Source: an uncultured candidate division Zixibacteria bacterium
GTDB lineage: Bacteria; Zixibacteria; MSB-5A5; GN15; FEB-12
Length of the DNA stretch: 64,000 bases
Direction of reading: 5' to 3'
Assembly (NCBI GenBank): GCA_963806185.1
Contig: CAWDXE010000008.1
Location: 32,001-96,000, forward strand
The notes beneath the pieces were generated by a model that worked only from the letters and a program-made list of their open reading frames with translations, was not told the origin of the DNA and did not search any database. Positions within the stretch are counted from its first letter, which is position 1; each line of letters starts with the position of its first letter. Positions 21,835 to 32,660 of the stretch are shown one piece after another. Made by a program: the position numbers and the translations under genes.

Positions 21835-22980
21835 TTATGGCAACCTCTCATACAACCGCACTGCAAATCTATCCGTCATCCCGGCTATGTAGTCCGCAAT
21901 CACCCGTTCCTTCTGCTCCGTCAGAAGCATCTCCTGATACCGTGGCGGCATCATGTCCGGGTAATCGTTCAACTTCGCGTAGAGCGTTTCCAGGATTTCC
22001 CGCGCCCACTCCGCCAGACGCTGCAATCTCTCGTGACGGTACAGCTTCTCTTTAAGCAGGCTCTTCAACTCCGACACATGCCCCTGCATCCCGTCGGAGT
22101 AGCGGCAAATCCGCTCCGTCGACGCTCGCAGTGCGCTCACCGACGTTATTGCCTGTGCGGCGATCTGACGGTCGGTCTCGGCCAGCACATCACTCGCCAC
22201 CACGTTCACCAGCCAACGTACCAACGTATGCCTCCTCTGGTCCGAAAGTCGCTGACTGTCGACACTATCGAAGAGCCCCTGAGACAGCGGCGGTACGTCG
22301 ATCGACCAGATTGACAGGTCTCGCAAATCGGCCAGCGAAATGATTCCCGCCCGCACGCCGTCATCGATGTCATGCGCGTTGTACGCGATCTCATCGGCGA
22401 TATCCACCAGCGATGCTTCCAGCGTCGGCCGCTCCTGCGGCTTGAATTCTGCAGGTATCGACTTGTGCTTGCTCTCGTGCTTGACGATCCCCTCGCGCAC
22501 TTCGTACGTAAGATTCAACCCCGGATGATCATCATACCGCTCTTCGAGCAATTCCACGACTCGTAGTGACTGCAGATTGTGATTGAACCCGCCATGGTCG
22601 GCCAGCAGGTCGGCTAGCACATCCTCACCCGCATGTCCAAACGGCGTATGACCCAGATCATGCACCAGCGCAATCGCCTCGGTCAAATCCTCATTCAGCC
22701 CCAAATTCCGAGCCAGCGTCCGGCTGATCTGCGCCACTTCAATAGTGTGCGTCAATCGGGTCCGGAAGTGATCCCCTTCATGCGGCAGAAAGACCTGCGT
22801 CTTGAATTCCATCCGCCGAAACGCCGAACAATGGATGATCCGATCCCGGTCACGCTGAAACGCGGTCCGCAGCGGATGCGGCGGAATCGGATACGCCCGC
22901 CCGCGCGACTCGGCCGCCCGCGCCGCGTAGGGGGCGAGATCGCGCCGCTCCCGAAGTTCTATATCCTCGCGTCTATTCAA
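21835..22980 (-). CDS. dgt: Deoxyguanosinetriphosphate triphosphohydrolase (HD family)
   Basis: FQRDRDRIIH, KTQVF, RTRLTHT, HDLGHTPFGHAGE, DYIAGMTDRFA; TTG start after GGAGG. Confidence 0.95.
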   Translation of the reverse strand: MNRREDIELRERRDLAPYAARAAESRGRAYPIPPHPLRTAFQRDRDRIIHCSAFRRMEFKTQVFLPHEGDHFRTRLTHTIEVAQISRTLARNLGLNEDLTEAIALVHDLGHTPFGHAGEDVLADLLADHGGFNHNLQSLRVVELLEERYDDHPGLNLTYEVREGIVKHESKHKSIPAEFKPQERPTLEASLVDIADEIAYNAHDIDDGVRAGIISLADLRDLSIWSIDVPPLSQGLFDSVDSQRLSDQRRHTLVRWLVNVVASDVLAETDRQIAAQAITSVSALRASTERICRYSDGMQGHVSELKSLLKEKLYRHERLQRLAEWAREILETLYAKLNDYPDMMPPRYQEMLLTEQKERVIADYIAGMTDRFAVRLYERLP

Positions 22981-23809
22981 ATTCCCCTCCGGTCGTACGA
23001 CGCACCGGCCGCGGCCCGACACTGAATCCCACCGTATGCGTCAGGCCAAGCGCCGGATGAATGGACACCAGATACGAGAGCGAAATCGACCGCACACCAA
23101 TATCGAAGCCGCCACCATACTCGAGCGGCTCAGTCGAAATCCCCCAGTGCAGCCCGGCCGTCGGTGACAACGGTATCCTTTGCCCCAGGGAAAGCCGAGG
23201 ATCGGCTCCCTTCACAAATCGCCCATTGACCTGCGTCGAAATACTCCCCTTACCGATCAATTCACCGTGCAAATTGCAGGTAATCTCGGTCTTATCGCCG
23301 CCATCTTCCAGTGACGGGCGCGTCAGATTGTCCAGTGCCAGCGCCAGGAACAGCTTCTGAAACCGCACGGCGCCGCCGACCCCGATCGTTGCGGCATCAA
23401 GCCCGGCATAACCGGCGCCAAATTCAATCTTCTCGACCGATCCGGTCAATCCGAACACGTATCGCTGATAATTCCACGCCACCGTTCCCTTGAATATCTT
23501 CTCCGCATACAATTCGGATTTCCCGAACTGCGATCCGCCCAACGCAAAGGTCACCTGCTTCCACCGGTAGGCCCCGGCCATGTACATTTGATCCAGATCG
23601 CTCAGCTCAAACCGGCGGTTGTACCCTACATCAAACCGATACTCACCGATCCCGATCCCCCCGGTCGGCACCGACGCCAGGTCGAGTCCGGTCGACTGCG
23701 ACAGGAGGATCGCCCTTCCCGCTCCCGGCCCGCGCGAGGACACCAAGTCAAACGACCGCGCAGTGATTGACGCGAGAAGCAAAGCGAGTATGATGATGAC
23801 AATTCTCAT
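22973..23809 (-). CDS. Outer-membrane beta-barrel, PorV/PorQ/PorP-like (tentative)
   Basis: Signal peptide, alternating strands, HPALGLTH..FS C-terminal pattern. Confidence 0.55.
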   Translation of the reverse strand: MRIVIIILALLLASITARSFDLVSSRGPGAGRAILLSQSTGLDLASVPTGGIGIGEYRFDVGYNRRFELSDLDQMYMAGAYRWKQVTFALGGSQFGKSELYAEKIFKGTVAWNYQRYVFGLTGSVEKIEFGAGYAGLDAATIGVGGAVRFQKLFLALALDNLTRPSLEDGGDKTEITCNLHGELIGKGSISTQVNGRFVKGADPRLSLGQRIPLSPTAGLHWGISTEPLEYGGGFDIGVRSISLSYLVSIHPALGLTHTVGFSVGPRPVRRTTGGEFE

Positions 23810-25389
23810 GGCGCAATCACCACCGTCTTCTTGATCGATTCCACACCAACGCTATTGAAGTAAACAATATATATCCCCACCGGCTGGCGCACCCCGTCGT
23901 CTCCGCGCCCGTCCCAGCGATACTCCTCTTTCAGCGTGGAGGCATTGTCCTCCAGCACACGAACTTTTCGCCCCTCTCGATCATATATCTCGAGCGTGTA
24001 CCCTTCCGCAGCCGTAGCGGCCGCCGTGAGAACCGCCTCATCCTCGATTCCATCTCCATCCGGCGAAAATATCTGCGGAAGAATCGTCAATCCGATCCGC
24101 TCGCTGGCCGGCGTCGTCCGTATCGTGTTCGACCGCCCGGGCGTCCCGCCGCTCGAATCCGACCTCGCCCACTCCCCGTCGCCGCTCGGCGTCTCCTTGC
24201 GACTCAGCGTAACATTGTCCGTATACACCTCGGTGTATTGTCGGCGATCCCCCTCGTATCCAAACGTGTCCGTCAGCCGGGCGATGTCACCGCCGTCGTT
24301 CAGTTGCGCCCAATCGGACGGCTGGAACAACTGCCCATTGAAACTGGGGTAATAGGTCCGAAAAGCTGCGCTGTCCTCAGCGAGCACCAGATACTGCTGC
24401 GCCGCCACCTTGAACGATGAATTCGCTATCCGATACAAATTGAGCGCATCGCCGAGTTGCCAGCCGCTGATGTCAATCGAGTCGGTGTATACGTTGTGAA
24501 TCTCGACCCACTCCGACGTCAGTCCCGCTTCCGGATTCGGCAAGATCTCGTTCAACCGAACCGGCGGGAAATCCCTTCCCGGCGCTACAATAAACGCCGA
24601 GTCGTTGCGCGCCCGATCATCCGATCCCACCCTCCCCACCAGCGGCGCGTACAGTTCGGGCAGGTCATACCGCACGGCCAGCAGTGAGCTGTACCCGGTA
24701 TCAATCGGCTGCAAGAATTCAAATGTGATCAGACTATCGGCCGACACACTCCCCGGCTTCTGGTAATAAAGTGAAACCGTGCCGTTGCTGATCGTCACCA
24801 GACTCCGATTCGTAACAAAGTAACTAATGACCGTCCCGTCCCCCTCAAACGCTGCCTTCAGTGAATCAAGCGACAGATCATTGGGCAGTGGCGTCACCGA
24901 ATTGACATACCCCGGCGTCGCATGCGCATAGTCCACCGATTGTCGCACGACATTCGAACCGGACTGGGTGCGCTCCCACGAGTATCCATCTTTCCCCGCC
25001 GTCGTCCACCAGAGCTGTGACTCGACCGTCGTCAACAACACCACGGTGACCGTATCGGCACTGTTCGTCAGCGAGAAGGAGCCCTCCATCAGCCGGTATG
25101 TCGGAATGCCCGCCCCCTGCCAGGCCGCCTTAAATGCCAGCGAATCGGCGGCGAGAATCAGATACTGCCCCGCCCCAATCGAGCCGTTGAGTGATAGCGA
25201 TGAGGTCCCGATGAGCACAGAATAGAAACCGAGATTGATGGACGCCGCCCCATCATTGTACAGCTCGATCCACTCCAGAGCGGTGTTGCTCCCCGGCTCG
25301 TTCGCCATTGCTTCGTTGACCACGACACGCGCCGCAACCGTCGAGGACAGGACCAACAAGAGGAGTACTAAGACCGCAAACCGTTTCAT
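23806..25389 (-). CDS. Secreted protein with two lamin-tail domains and a gliding-motility/FlgD-like C-terminal sorting domain
   Basis: VVNEAMAN..EWIELYN and LNEILPNP..EWVEIHN, TPG, FSPDGDG..IYD..G..VR..WDG..GIYIV. Confidence 0.8.
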   Translation of the reverse strand: MKRFAVLVLLLLVLSSTVAARVVVNEAMANEPGSNTALEWIELYNDGAASINLGFYSVLIGTSSLSLNGSIGAGQYLILAADSLAFKAAWQGAGIPTYRLMEGSFSLTNSADTVTVVLLTTVESQLWWTTAGKDGYSWERTQSGSNVVRQSVDYAHATPGYVNSVTPLPNDLSLDSLKAAFEGDGTVISYFVTNRSLVTISNGTVSLYYQKPGSVSADSLITFEFLQPIDTGYSSLLAVRYDLPELYAPLVGRVGSDDRARNDSAFIVAPGRDFPPVRLNEILPNPEAGLTSEWVEIHNVYTDSIDISGWQLGDALNLYRIANSSFKVAAQQYLVLAEDSAAFRTYYPSFNGQLFQPSDWAQLNDGGDIARLTDTFGYEGDRRQYTEVYTDNVTLSRKETPSGDGEWARSDSSGGTPGRSNTIRTTPASERIGLTILPQIFSPDGDGIEDEAVLTAAATAAEGYTLEIYDREGRKVRVLEDNASTLKEEYRWDGRGDDGVRQPVGIYIVYFNSVGVESIKKTVVIAP

Positions 25390-25394
25390 CGCTT

Positions 25395-27020
25395 TCAGAA
25401 CCTCGAAATGCCTTCGAGCACGATTGTCGTGCTTCGCTTCTGCACTTCAGCACGACGATAGCTCTGCGCCAGCTTAACGCCAACTGAAAAATGCTCGATC
25501 AATTCCTGCTCGCTCCGAACAAAACCATACCAGTATGCCAGTCTACCGCTTTCGATCCGGCCGAAGTTCGACCATGCCTCCACCAGACCGAAGCTTTCCT
25601 GCTCGTAGCGCAATGATGTAAACACCGTCCAGTAATCGTTCCTGTCCGTCTGCGTCGTATATCCCACGTAGCCGCGTACGTTGAGTCGACTGCCCCGATA
25701 TCTCGCTTCAAGCCGACTCCGTTGGCGATCCGCATCCCCATCTTCGCCCGGCTCGAACTTCCGTGCCCGCCGCCCTTCTGTCTCCACCTTCAGGGCCACT
25801 TGCCGGGAGAGATCGCGGCTGACACCTGCTGATATTTCCAGCAACGATGTATCCCGATTGAATGCCCCATACGCCAAACCCACGTCCAGACGCCAATCGT
25901 CAATCGGTTCCGTCGCAAACTTGATGATCCCGCCGCTCTGGCCCGCGCGACGCGTCGTGCCCGTGAATGCAGTTTCCTCGTCTGTCCAGTCGCGGTAGAC
26001 CCGCATCGCCTTGCTTCCACCTGTCAGGTCCGAGTACTTGTCACTGTATGCCCAGCCGGCGAGCCTGATATCCCCCCACGCCCCGCGCTGACTTCCTTCG
26101 ACTACGCCACTGATCGATGACGAGTGCTCTTCTCCCTGACCTGCCAACTCTGCCTCAATTGCCCCCGAGCGGTGTAGCCACCGCACATTTAGCCCAAGGG
26201 AACTGATCGTTGAATGTCCATCCGTCGATCTGTTCCTCAAGCGCGTGACACTCGCCAGTACCGACGGCTGAATGCCCTTCCGCTGCATTGTCGCGACACC
26301 CGCTGCTGTGCTGATCGCATACCCGGTGTCCCGCACCTGTGACACCAGCCCTTTCCACAGCACTCCACCCGACTTCCCCTCTGCCAGCACACCGTTGTAA
26401 CCCCCATTATCCGGATACAACCAGGACTCCCCGCTTATCCTCGCTTCATAGTCCAGCAGTTTGCCGCGATGGCCGATCACCGTCCCCAAACCAAACCGCC
26501 CGGTAAATCCACCCACGACCACTCTGCGAAGCTGTCCTTCGGCATGTCGATACTCCAGATTCCGCTGCGTTATTCGCTCGCGCCCGGAGTATTCCCGCTG
26601 CACCTGCAACCGCGCAAACCAGCGATCGTCAAGGGACAGTCGCACCGAAGTCCGGTACCGACTCCGCTTTTCACCGTTCGCCTCAACTCCGGCTCGGTGT
26701 GAGATAAGGCCGCCCCACCCATGCGCATCTGGCGCAGTCAACGCAAATGGCCGGACCTGATCCGCCGTTAGCAGGTCAAGCGTGTCGTCCGGCTGTCGCA
26801 GCGCCAGGTTCGGGATATCATCGAACAGATACGTCTCCCACGGCGTGACGCCAAACGCCAGACACTCCAGCAATATCAGGTATTGCTGGTAATCAATCTC
26901 CCCTTCGCGCCATGCCTCGTATACTTCGTCTTCCGAGGAAAGCACGACTGACGATAATTCCTGCCCCATGCCGGCACCCGCCAGCAGGAACATCATGATG
27001 ACAACGCCCGTGTAGCGCAC
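25395..27020 (-). CDS. Hypothetical outer-membrane beta-barrel protein
   Basis: Signal peptide, amphipathic strands, GRFGLG motif, terminal Phe. Confidence 0.6.
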   Translation of the reverse strand: MRYTGVVIMMFLLAGAGMGQELSSVVLSSEDEVYEAWREGEIDYQQYLILLECLAFGVTPWETYLFDDIPNLALRQPDDTLDLLTADQVRPFALTAPDAHGWGGLISHRAGVEANGEKRSRYRTSVRLSLDDRWFARLQVQREYSGRERITQRNLEYRHAEGQLRRVVVGGFTGRFGLGTVIGHRGKLLDYEARISGESWLYPDNGGYNGVLAEGKSGGVLWKGLVSQVRDTGYAISTAAGVATMQRKGIQPSVLASVTRLRNRSTDGHSTISSLGLNVRWLHRSGAIEAELAGQGEEHSSSISGVVEGSQRGAWGDIRLAGWAYSDKYSDLTGGSKAMRVYRDWTDEETAFTGTTRRAGQSGGIIKFATEPIDDWRLDVGLAYGAFNRDTSLLEISAGVSRDLSRQVALKVETEGRRARKFEPGEDGDADRQRSRLEARYRGSRLNVRGYVGYTTQTDRNDYWTVFTSLRYEQESFGLVEAWSNFGRIESGRLAYWYGFVRSEQELIEHFSVGVKLAQSYRRAEVQKRSTTIVLEGISRF

Positions 27021-27028
27021 GACTGCCG

Positions 27029-28456
27029 CTAATTCAGTTTATACCTGGTCAGCTTGCGATATAATGTCCGCTCGCCAATGCCGAGCTTGCGAGCGGTGAG
27101 TTTGCGATTGCCTCTATTGTCGCGAAGTACCTTTTCGATCAAGGCACGTTCCATCGCCTCCATACTTGTCTCGTCACCCTGCGCCGGGACCACCACGTCT
27201 GTCCCGATCGACCCCTCGCTCGGCAAGTGGGCCGTTATCAGATCGCGCAAAAGACGAACTTCATTCCCCAACGACAAAATTGCCCGGTAGATCAATTCCT
27301 GCCCGGCCTCTTCCACCGAACGTCCGGTCGCCACTGGTACATTCGACGCCACCGCATGCTGCTCGGTGACGAATCTTTCCACATCGTCAATCTCCACCAA
27401 TGCCCCCGGCTTGAGCGCCGCCATCCGGGTGGCGAAATTGCGCAGTTGCCGTACGTTGCCCGGCCAGTCGTAGCGCGAAAGTGTTTCCAGCGCCGAATCG
27501 GTGATGCTTATCTTGGTCTCACGCCAGAAATGCTGTAAGAGCGCCGGAATGTCTCCCCTCCGCTCATACAATGACGGCAACACCAGCTTCACGACACTGA
27601 TTCTGAAATAGAGATCCTCCCGAAACTGCCGCTCGGCGATTGCCTCCGTCAAATCGCGGTTGGTCGCCGCTACGACCCGGACGTTGGCGCGACGGGGTGT
27701 CGACGACCCCACCGGATAGTACGTCCCATCCTCGAGCACCCGCAAAAGCTTCACTTGCGTGTCGGTCTTGGTTTCGCCGATCTCGTCGAGAAAAACCGTG
27801 CCTCCCTCGGCTTTGAAAAACAACCCCTCTCGCTTGGCTACCGAACCGGTGAACGCACCCTTCTCATGACCGAACAACTCGGATTCGAGCACTCCTTCAG
27901 CGAGCGCCCCGCAGTTGATCGCCACAAACGGATGCGAGCGACGGCCGGAGTCATTGTGCAACGCCCGCGCCACCAGCTCCTTACCCGAACCCGAGGCCCC
28001 CACAATCATCACCGATATGTCGGTCGGCGCCACCCGCTGGATCGTGCGGGCAATCCCCTTGATCTGCGACGATCGGCCAACTATTTGGTAACGATCCAGC
28101 AAGTCCTTGTCGTCGAGAATCTGATGAATTCGCTTGTCAATTCCCTCCTGGCCGACGTCGCGCGATATGATACCGTCGATAAATTCCCGGCGACTCTCGG
28201 GCACCGTCTGTGCCGACACCAGCCAGATTTCCGTCAGCCCGTGTGAACGGCGCAGCTTGGCCGCAACCGTGGCATTGATCTCCACACGGAGCTCGTCGAC
28301 CAGAATCAGGTCCACCCGCCGCTCTCGCACCGTCTGATACAGTTCCGACAGCTCGGTCACCACCGGGCCCAATTCGGCCCATGCGATTTCCCGCTCCGAC
28401 TTTCCCTGTTCGTTGGTGAATACGATGATCCTTGTGCGGCCGCTTGACTGACTCAC
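27029..28456 (-). CDS. Sigma54-dependent enhancer-binding protein (AAA+, Fis HTH)
   Basis: [58 protein letters not shown]. Confidence 0.95.
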   Translation of the reverse strand: MSQSSGRTRIIVFTNEQGKSEREIAWAELGPVVTELSELYQTVRERRVDLILVDELRVEINATVAAKLRRSHGLTEIWLVSAQTVPESRREFIDGIISRDVGQEGIDKRIHQILDDKDLLDRYQIVGRSSQIKGIARTIQRVAPTDISVMIVGASGSGKELVARALHNDSGRRSHPFVAINCGALAEGVLESELFGHEKGAFTGSVAKREGLFFKAEGGTVFLDEIGETKTDTQVKLLRVLEDGTYYPVGSSTPRRANVRVVAATNRDLTEAIAERQFREDLYFRISVVKLVLPSLYERRGDIPALLQHFWRETKISITDSALETLSRYDWPGNVRQLRNFATRMAALKPGALVEIDDVERFVTEQHAVASNVPVATGRSVEEAGQELIYRAILSLGNEVRLLRDLITAHLPSEGSIGTDVVVPAQGDETSMEAMERALIEKVLRDNRGNRKLTARKLGIGERTLYRKLTRYKLN

Positions 28457-28458
28457 CT

Positions 28459-30681
28459 TTACTTCTTCTTTCTCAAACGGCGCACGGCGCGCTCCGCCTT
28501 GCGGCGAGCCTTCCGCTCGTTCACCATGCGCGTCCGCTCCTGCTTGGTCGGCTTCGGGATCTTCACCGCCTGCTTCTTGAGTACCTCAGGCAAGTACAGA
28601 TCAATCTCGCTCTGCACCGTGTCCACTTTCAGCACGCCCACGCGAACGGCGTCACCCAATCGGAATGATCGCTTCCCCCGCCGTCCGAAAATCCGGTAAT
28701 TGGGCTCATCGTACACATAGTAATCGTCGTCAATCGTCGATACCCGGACCAGTCCCTCGACCCCCATCTTGGACAGGCGAACAAAGAACCCGTACGGCAT
28801 CACTCCCGACACCACACCGTCATACTCCTCGCCGAGATGATTCGCCATGTAGGCTGCCTGCTTCACCTTCACCGCCTGCCGCTCGGCTTCCTCTGCCGCT
28901 CTTTCCGTCTCCGAGCAGTGCACACCCACGTGGTCGATGACACCATCGATTCGCCTGGCATACGTCGCCGGGTAACTCCCCTTCCGCCCCTTGCGCAACA
29001 GCCGGTGTACCAGGAGGTCCGGATACCGGCGTATCGGCGACGTAAAATGCGCGTAATGCGTAAACGCCAACCCGAAATGCCCGATATTCACCCGCTGATA
29101 AACCGCCTTCTTCATGGAGCGAAGCATCAGCTCGTTGATGAAATCCGACTCCGGCGTATCTTCCAGCTTCTTGAGGAAGCGGGCAAAGTGAATTGGCTTC
29201 AGATTCGGTGACACCGGGAAACTGTGTCCGAAGCGCTCGACGAGGGCCGAAAAACCCTCGAGTTTGTCCAGCGCCGGTTTGTCGTGGACACGGTAAAGAA
29301 AGGACAGCCCCTTGCGGAATTGCTCCAGCGCCACCGCCTTGTTCGCCGCCAGCATGAACTCTTCGATCAGCCGGTGTGACTCCAGTCGCACCCGACGTCC
29401 CAGATCAATTACCTCGCCTCGCTCATTCATGACAATCTTCGATTCCGGCAAATCGAAATCGAGCGACCCCTCCGCAAACCGCCGACTGGTGAGAATAGTC
29501 GCCAGTTCACGTGCGAGCACAAGACTGTCCGCGATCGGTTTTGTCTTTGGCGTCATCGCCCCCGTGTCAAAAAACCCCTGCACCTCTTCGTAACTCAGCT
29601 TCGCTCGCGACTCAATCACCGTATCCGCCAACCCCCAGCGGAGCATCTTTCCTTTCGTGTCAAACTCCATGGTACAGGTAAACGCCAACCGCCGTCGATC
29701 CGGCCGCAGCGAACACACATCGTTCGAAAGAATCTCCGGCAGCATCGGCACTACCGTGCCCGGCAGATACACCGAGTTGCCGCGGTCAAACGCCTCCGTG
29801 TCCATCGCCGTGCCTTCCAGCACGTATGCCGACACGTCGGCAATATGCACACCGAGACGATAACCAACCGACGTTCGCGCAATCGATATGGCGTCATCGT
29901 GGTCCTTGGCGTCCTCCGGATCAATCGTGTACACGATCTCTTTCGTCAGATCGACTCGCCCTTCCGGAATCTCGCTCAAATCCGCAGCCGCCGCGGCCTG
30001 TTCTGCTTCGTTCAGCACCTCCACCGGAAATGTCTGCGGCAAGTCATATGTCCGCATCACCGTCAGCATGTCCACACCCGGATCGTTGGGGTATCCGAGA
30101 ATCTCGGTGATCCGCCCGATCGGATTCAGGTGCGGGTCGTCCCATTCCAGAAACTCTGCGACTACTTTCTGCCCCTCCTTCGCGTCCAGCGTATCATTCT
30201 CCATGAGATAGATATCGCGATGAATTCGCGGATTGTCGGGCACCACATACCGGAACTCGCGTGAACTCTTAAACAGCCCGACAATCAGCCGCTTGGCCCG
30301 TTCGATGACCCGCACGATCTGCCCGCGCTGACGACCGTTGATCTGGCCGTTCATTCGCACCATCACCTTGTCGCCATCCATAGCCGTGTGAAGATCAAAC
30401 GACGGGATCAGGATGTCTTCCTCCACCCCTTCGCGCACCAGAAAACCGGTTCCCGACCGCGTCATCTCCAGTTTGCCGATGACCACATTCAGCTCCCGCG
30501 ACTGACCAATGCGTCCCCGTTTAAGGTGCACCAGTTCGCCTTCATCTATTAGCTGTTTGACCGTCTTCCGAAATTGGGGGTAGTCCTCGCTGGATATCTC
30601 CAACGCGGCGGCCAACTCCTTGAGTCGCATCGGATGGCCGGCTTTGGCGGAGATAACGCGTAAGATAGTCTTGGGATCCAT
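28459..30681 (-). CDS. rnr: Ribonuclease R
   Basis: TIDPEDAKDHDDA, HFTSPIRRYPDL, S1 domain, basic tail; start approximate. Confidence 0.95.
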   Translation of the reverse strand: MDPKTILRVISAKAGHPMRLKELAAALEISSEDYPQFRKTVKQLIDEGELVHLKRGRIGQSRELNVVIGKLEMTRSGTGFLVREGVEEDILIPSFDLHTAMDGDKVMVRMNGQINGRQRGQIVRVIERAKRLIVGLFKSSREFRYVVPDNPRIHRDIYLMENDTLDAKEGQKVVAEFLEWDDPHLNPIGRITEILGYPNDPGVDMLTVMRTYDLPQTFPVEVLNEAEQAAAAADLSEIPEGRVDLTKEIVYTIDPEDAKDHDDAISIARTSVGYRLGVHIADVSAYVLEGTAMDTEAFDRGNSVYLPGTVVPMLPEILSNDVCSLRPDRRRLAFTCTMEFDTKGKMLRWGLADTVIESRAKLSYEEVQGFFDTGAMTPKTKPIADSLVLARELATILTSRRFAEGSLDFDLPESKIVMNERGEVIDLGRRVRLESHRLIEEFMLAANKAVALEQFRKGLSFLYRVHDKPALDKLEGFSALVERFGHSFPVSPNLKPIHFARFLKKLEDTPESDFINELMLRSMKKAVYQRVNIGHFGLAFTHYAHFTSPIRRYPDLLVHRLLRKGRKGSYPATYARRIDGVIDHVGVHCSETERAAEEAERQAVKVKQAAYMANHLGEEYDGVVSGVMPYGFFVRLSKMGVEGLVRVSTIDDDYYVYDEPNYRIFGRRGKRSFRLGDAVRVGVLKVDTVQSEIDLYLPEVLKKQAVKIPKPTKQERTRMVNERKARRKAERAVRRLRKKK

Positions 30682-30931
30682 GTGCATGTCAAAAACATAC
30701 GGGCCAACTTCCTGCCCGTCAACGGAAATCGTAACTGACCGGCCAAAATGGCATAGTGACAAATAGTGACAATGCGCCCGGTCTGCCGCCGGCTATTCCG
30801 CTTTGCCTAGAACTATTCATGGACATTATCGGTACAAATATTCCATATTGCCCATGCGGCTTCTTCGGCCGTTCGATCACCGTCTCAACCCGTTGCCCCG
30901 GATGCGGTGTGCGCTCCGGAAAGGAGTTCGT

Positions 30932-31327
30932 ATGAATCGTCAGCAAGTGTACAAGGAGATTGAAGAGGCTCTCGGCCTGGTACCGACGTTTTTCAAAAAC
31001 GTCCCCGACAGCACGCTCGAACTGGAATGGCGTCTCATGAAGACGGTCCAGATGGACGAGGGACCCGTCCCCAATAAGTACCGGGAGCTGATGGGCGTTG
31101 CCATCGCGTCCATCACCAAATGCCGCTACTGCGCTTACTTTCACACCGAATTTGCCAAACTTAACGGCGCCACACCGGCCGAGATCGAGGACGCCATTCA
31201 TTACGCTAAATCGAGCGCCGGATGGAGCGCCTACATCAACGGCCATCAGCTCGACTTTGATCAGTTTAAGCGGGAAATCGATGGCATCTGCTCACATGCT
31301 CGCAAACAAGTGGCCGGCGCACGCTGA
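30932..31327 (+). CDS. Carboxymuconolactone decarboxylase/AhpD-family protein
   Basis: AAGGAG RBS; KYRELMGVAIA..KCRYCAYFH. Confidence 0.88.
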   Translation: MNRQQVYKEIEEALGLVPTFFKNVPDSTLELEWRLMKTVQMDEGPVPNKYRELMGVAIASITKCRYCAYFHTEFAKLNGATPAEIEDAIHYAKSSAGWSAYINGHQLDFDQFKREIDGICSHARKQVAGAR

Positions 31328-31375
31328 GATGCAGCTACAACTCTATAATATTGTGAGAAGTCCTCAGAAAAGATT

Positions 31376-31402
31376 CGAAGCCCCGCACCGCGCGGGGCTT
31401 CG
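31376..31402. terminator. Hairpin terminator between convergent genes
   Basis: CGAAGCCCCGC-accgc-GCGGGGCTTCG. Confidence 0.65.
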
Positions 31403-31425
31403 CCATGAGAAGTGAGATAAGAAAC

Positions 31426-32013
31426 CTAGTGGCCGTCTTCGGCGTCATCATCATCGGTACCCGGTGCCATCGGCGCCATACCGTGCCTGCAACCACGCAT
31501 CCCGCCAAGACCGTCCTTGCAGCAATCCTTGCGAAGCTCGTCGAATTTCTTCACCTGATCGGCCGTCAGCACACCCTTCATGGCCGATCTGTGTGCATAG
31601 TTGGCTTTCTGTAATTCTGCGCGAAGACGCGAGACCTCGTCGATCGCCCTATTAACTTCCGCCGTCGGCGCCTGGTCGCGCATGGACGAGGTGAGCTTGA
31701 TTTCCGCTTTCTGTAGAGCGGCCCGACGGTCGATGTTTTGCACCTGATGATCGGTCATCATCGCTTTGAGCTTGTCCCGCTGTTGATCGGTCAACTGGAG
31801 CTGATCCGCAAGTTGCATCAACCCACCCGGACCGCCACAATTGCCCATGCCTCTCATGCTCATGCCCATGCCCCGCCCCATCATGCCTTTTCCGGCATGC
31901 ATGCCCGCCATCTGGCCGCCGCCCATCGCGCAGTCGTTCTTCCCCTGCTGGGCGACCAACACCAGCGGCAGCAATAACATGGCCAACGCAATGAGAATAG
32001 TAATTCGTTTCAT
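31426..32013 (-). CDS. Spy/CpxP-family periplasmic protein
   Basis: Signal peptide, Met/Gly-rich linker, LQLTDQQ and VLTADQ (LTxxQ) motifs. Confidence 0.85.
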   Translation of the reverse strand: MKRITILIALAMLLLPLVLVAQQGKNDCAMGGGQMAGMHAGKGMMGRGMGMSMRGMGNCGGPGGLMQLADQLQLTDQQRDKLKAMMTDHQVQNIDRRAALQKAEIKLTSSMRDQAPTAEVNRAIDEVSRLRAELQKANYAHRSAMKGVLTADQVKKFDELRKDCCKDGLGGMRGCRHGMAPMAPGTDDDDAEDGH

Positions 32014-32027
32014 AAATCCTCCGCAAA

Positions 32028-32660
32028 TTAGAATTTGTCGTCGTCAAACTTCTGTTTTGTGCTGTCTTCCCGATGATCGGGCTCCGGCGCTTCCCGTTCC
32101 CGGAATCCGCGCAGTTGCTCGAGCATTTGCTGTTCGAATCGTTCGTGGAAAATGATAAACTTGGCCCACTGGGCTCCGCTCAGTATCGCCTTGAATTGTC
32201 CCAATCGCTCCTGCCGCGCCCGCCAACTTTGCTCCTGCAAGTTGATAATGCTGTCCGCCATGGCCGTCAGAGTCTTCTCGCTGGCTTTGCTCTGCTTGAT
32301 CAGATCAGCCAGCCGGCCCACCAGGTCGCGCTCTTTCTGATCATCGTCGCGCTCATCCTTGCGCATCTGCCGATACTTCGAGATGAACTGCGCCTCCTGA
32401 TCCTCCTTCAAATCCAGCAGTTCGAGTAGCTTGAGCAAACGGAACTGCTCCAAATGGCGCATCTGCCTCATGCCCGGCATCCGTCCGCCCTGGCCGGGCC
32501 CGGGCCCCTGTCGACCGCTCATCATCGGCGTGTCGGGCGCCGCCTGCGCCAGGAGCATTCCGCAGACAGCCGACGCACCAGGTGAAACACACGGTGACTG
32601 CGCTGCCGCCGTTACGCCAAACAGTAAGACCATCGCCACCGGCAGGATGATGCCCTTCAT
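32028..32660 (-). CDS. Spy/CpxP-like periplasmic helical protein
   Basis: Signal peptide, LDLKEDQ..ILSGAQWAKF. Confidence 0.65.
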   Translation of the reverse strand: MKGIILPVAMVLLFGVTAAAQSPCVSPGASAVCGMLLAQAAPDTPMMSGRQGPGPGQGGRMPGMRQMRHLEQFRLLKLLELLDLKEDQEAQFISKYRQMRKDERDDDQKERDLVGRLADLIKQSKASEKTLTAMADSIINLQEQSWRARQERLGQFKAILSGAQWAKFIIFHERFEQQMLEQLRGFREREAPEPDHREDSTKQKFDDDKF

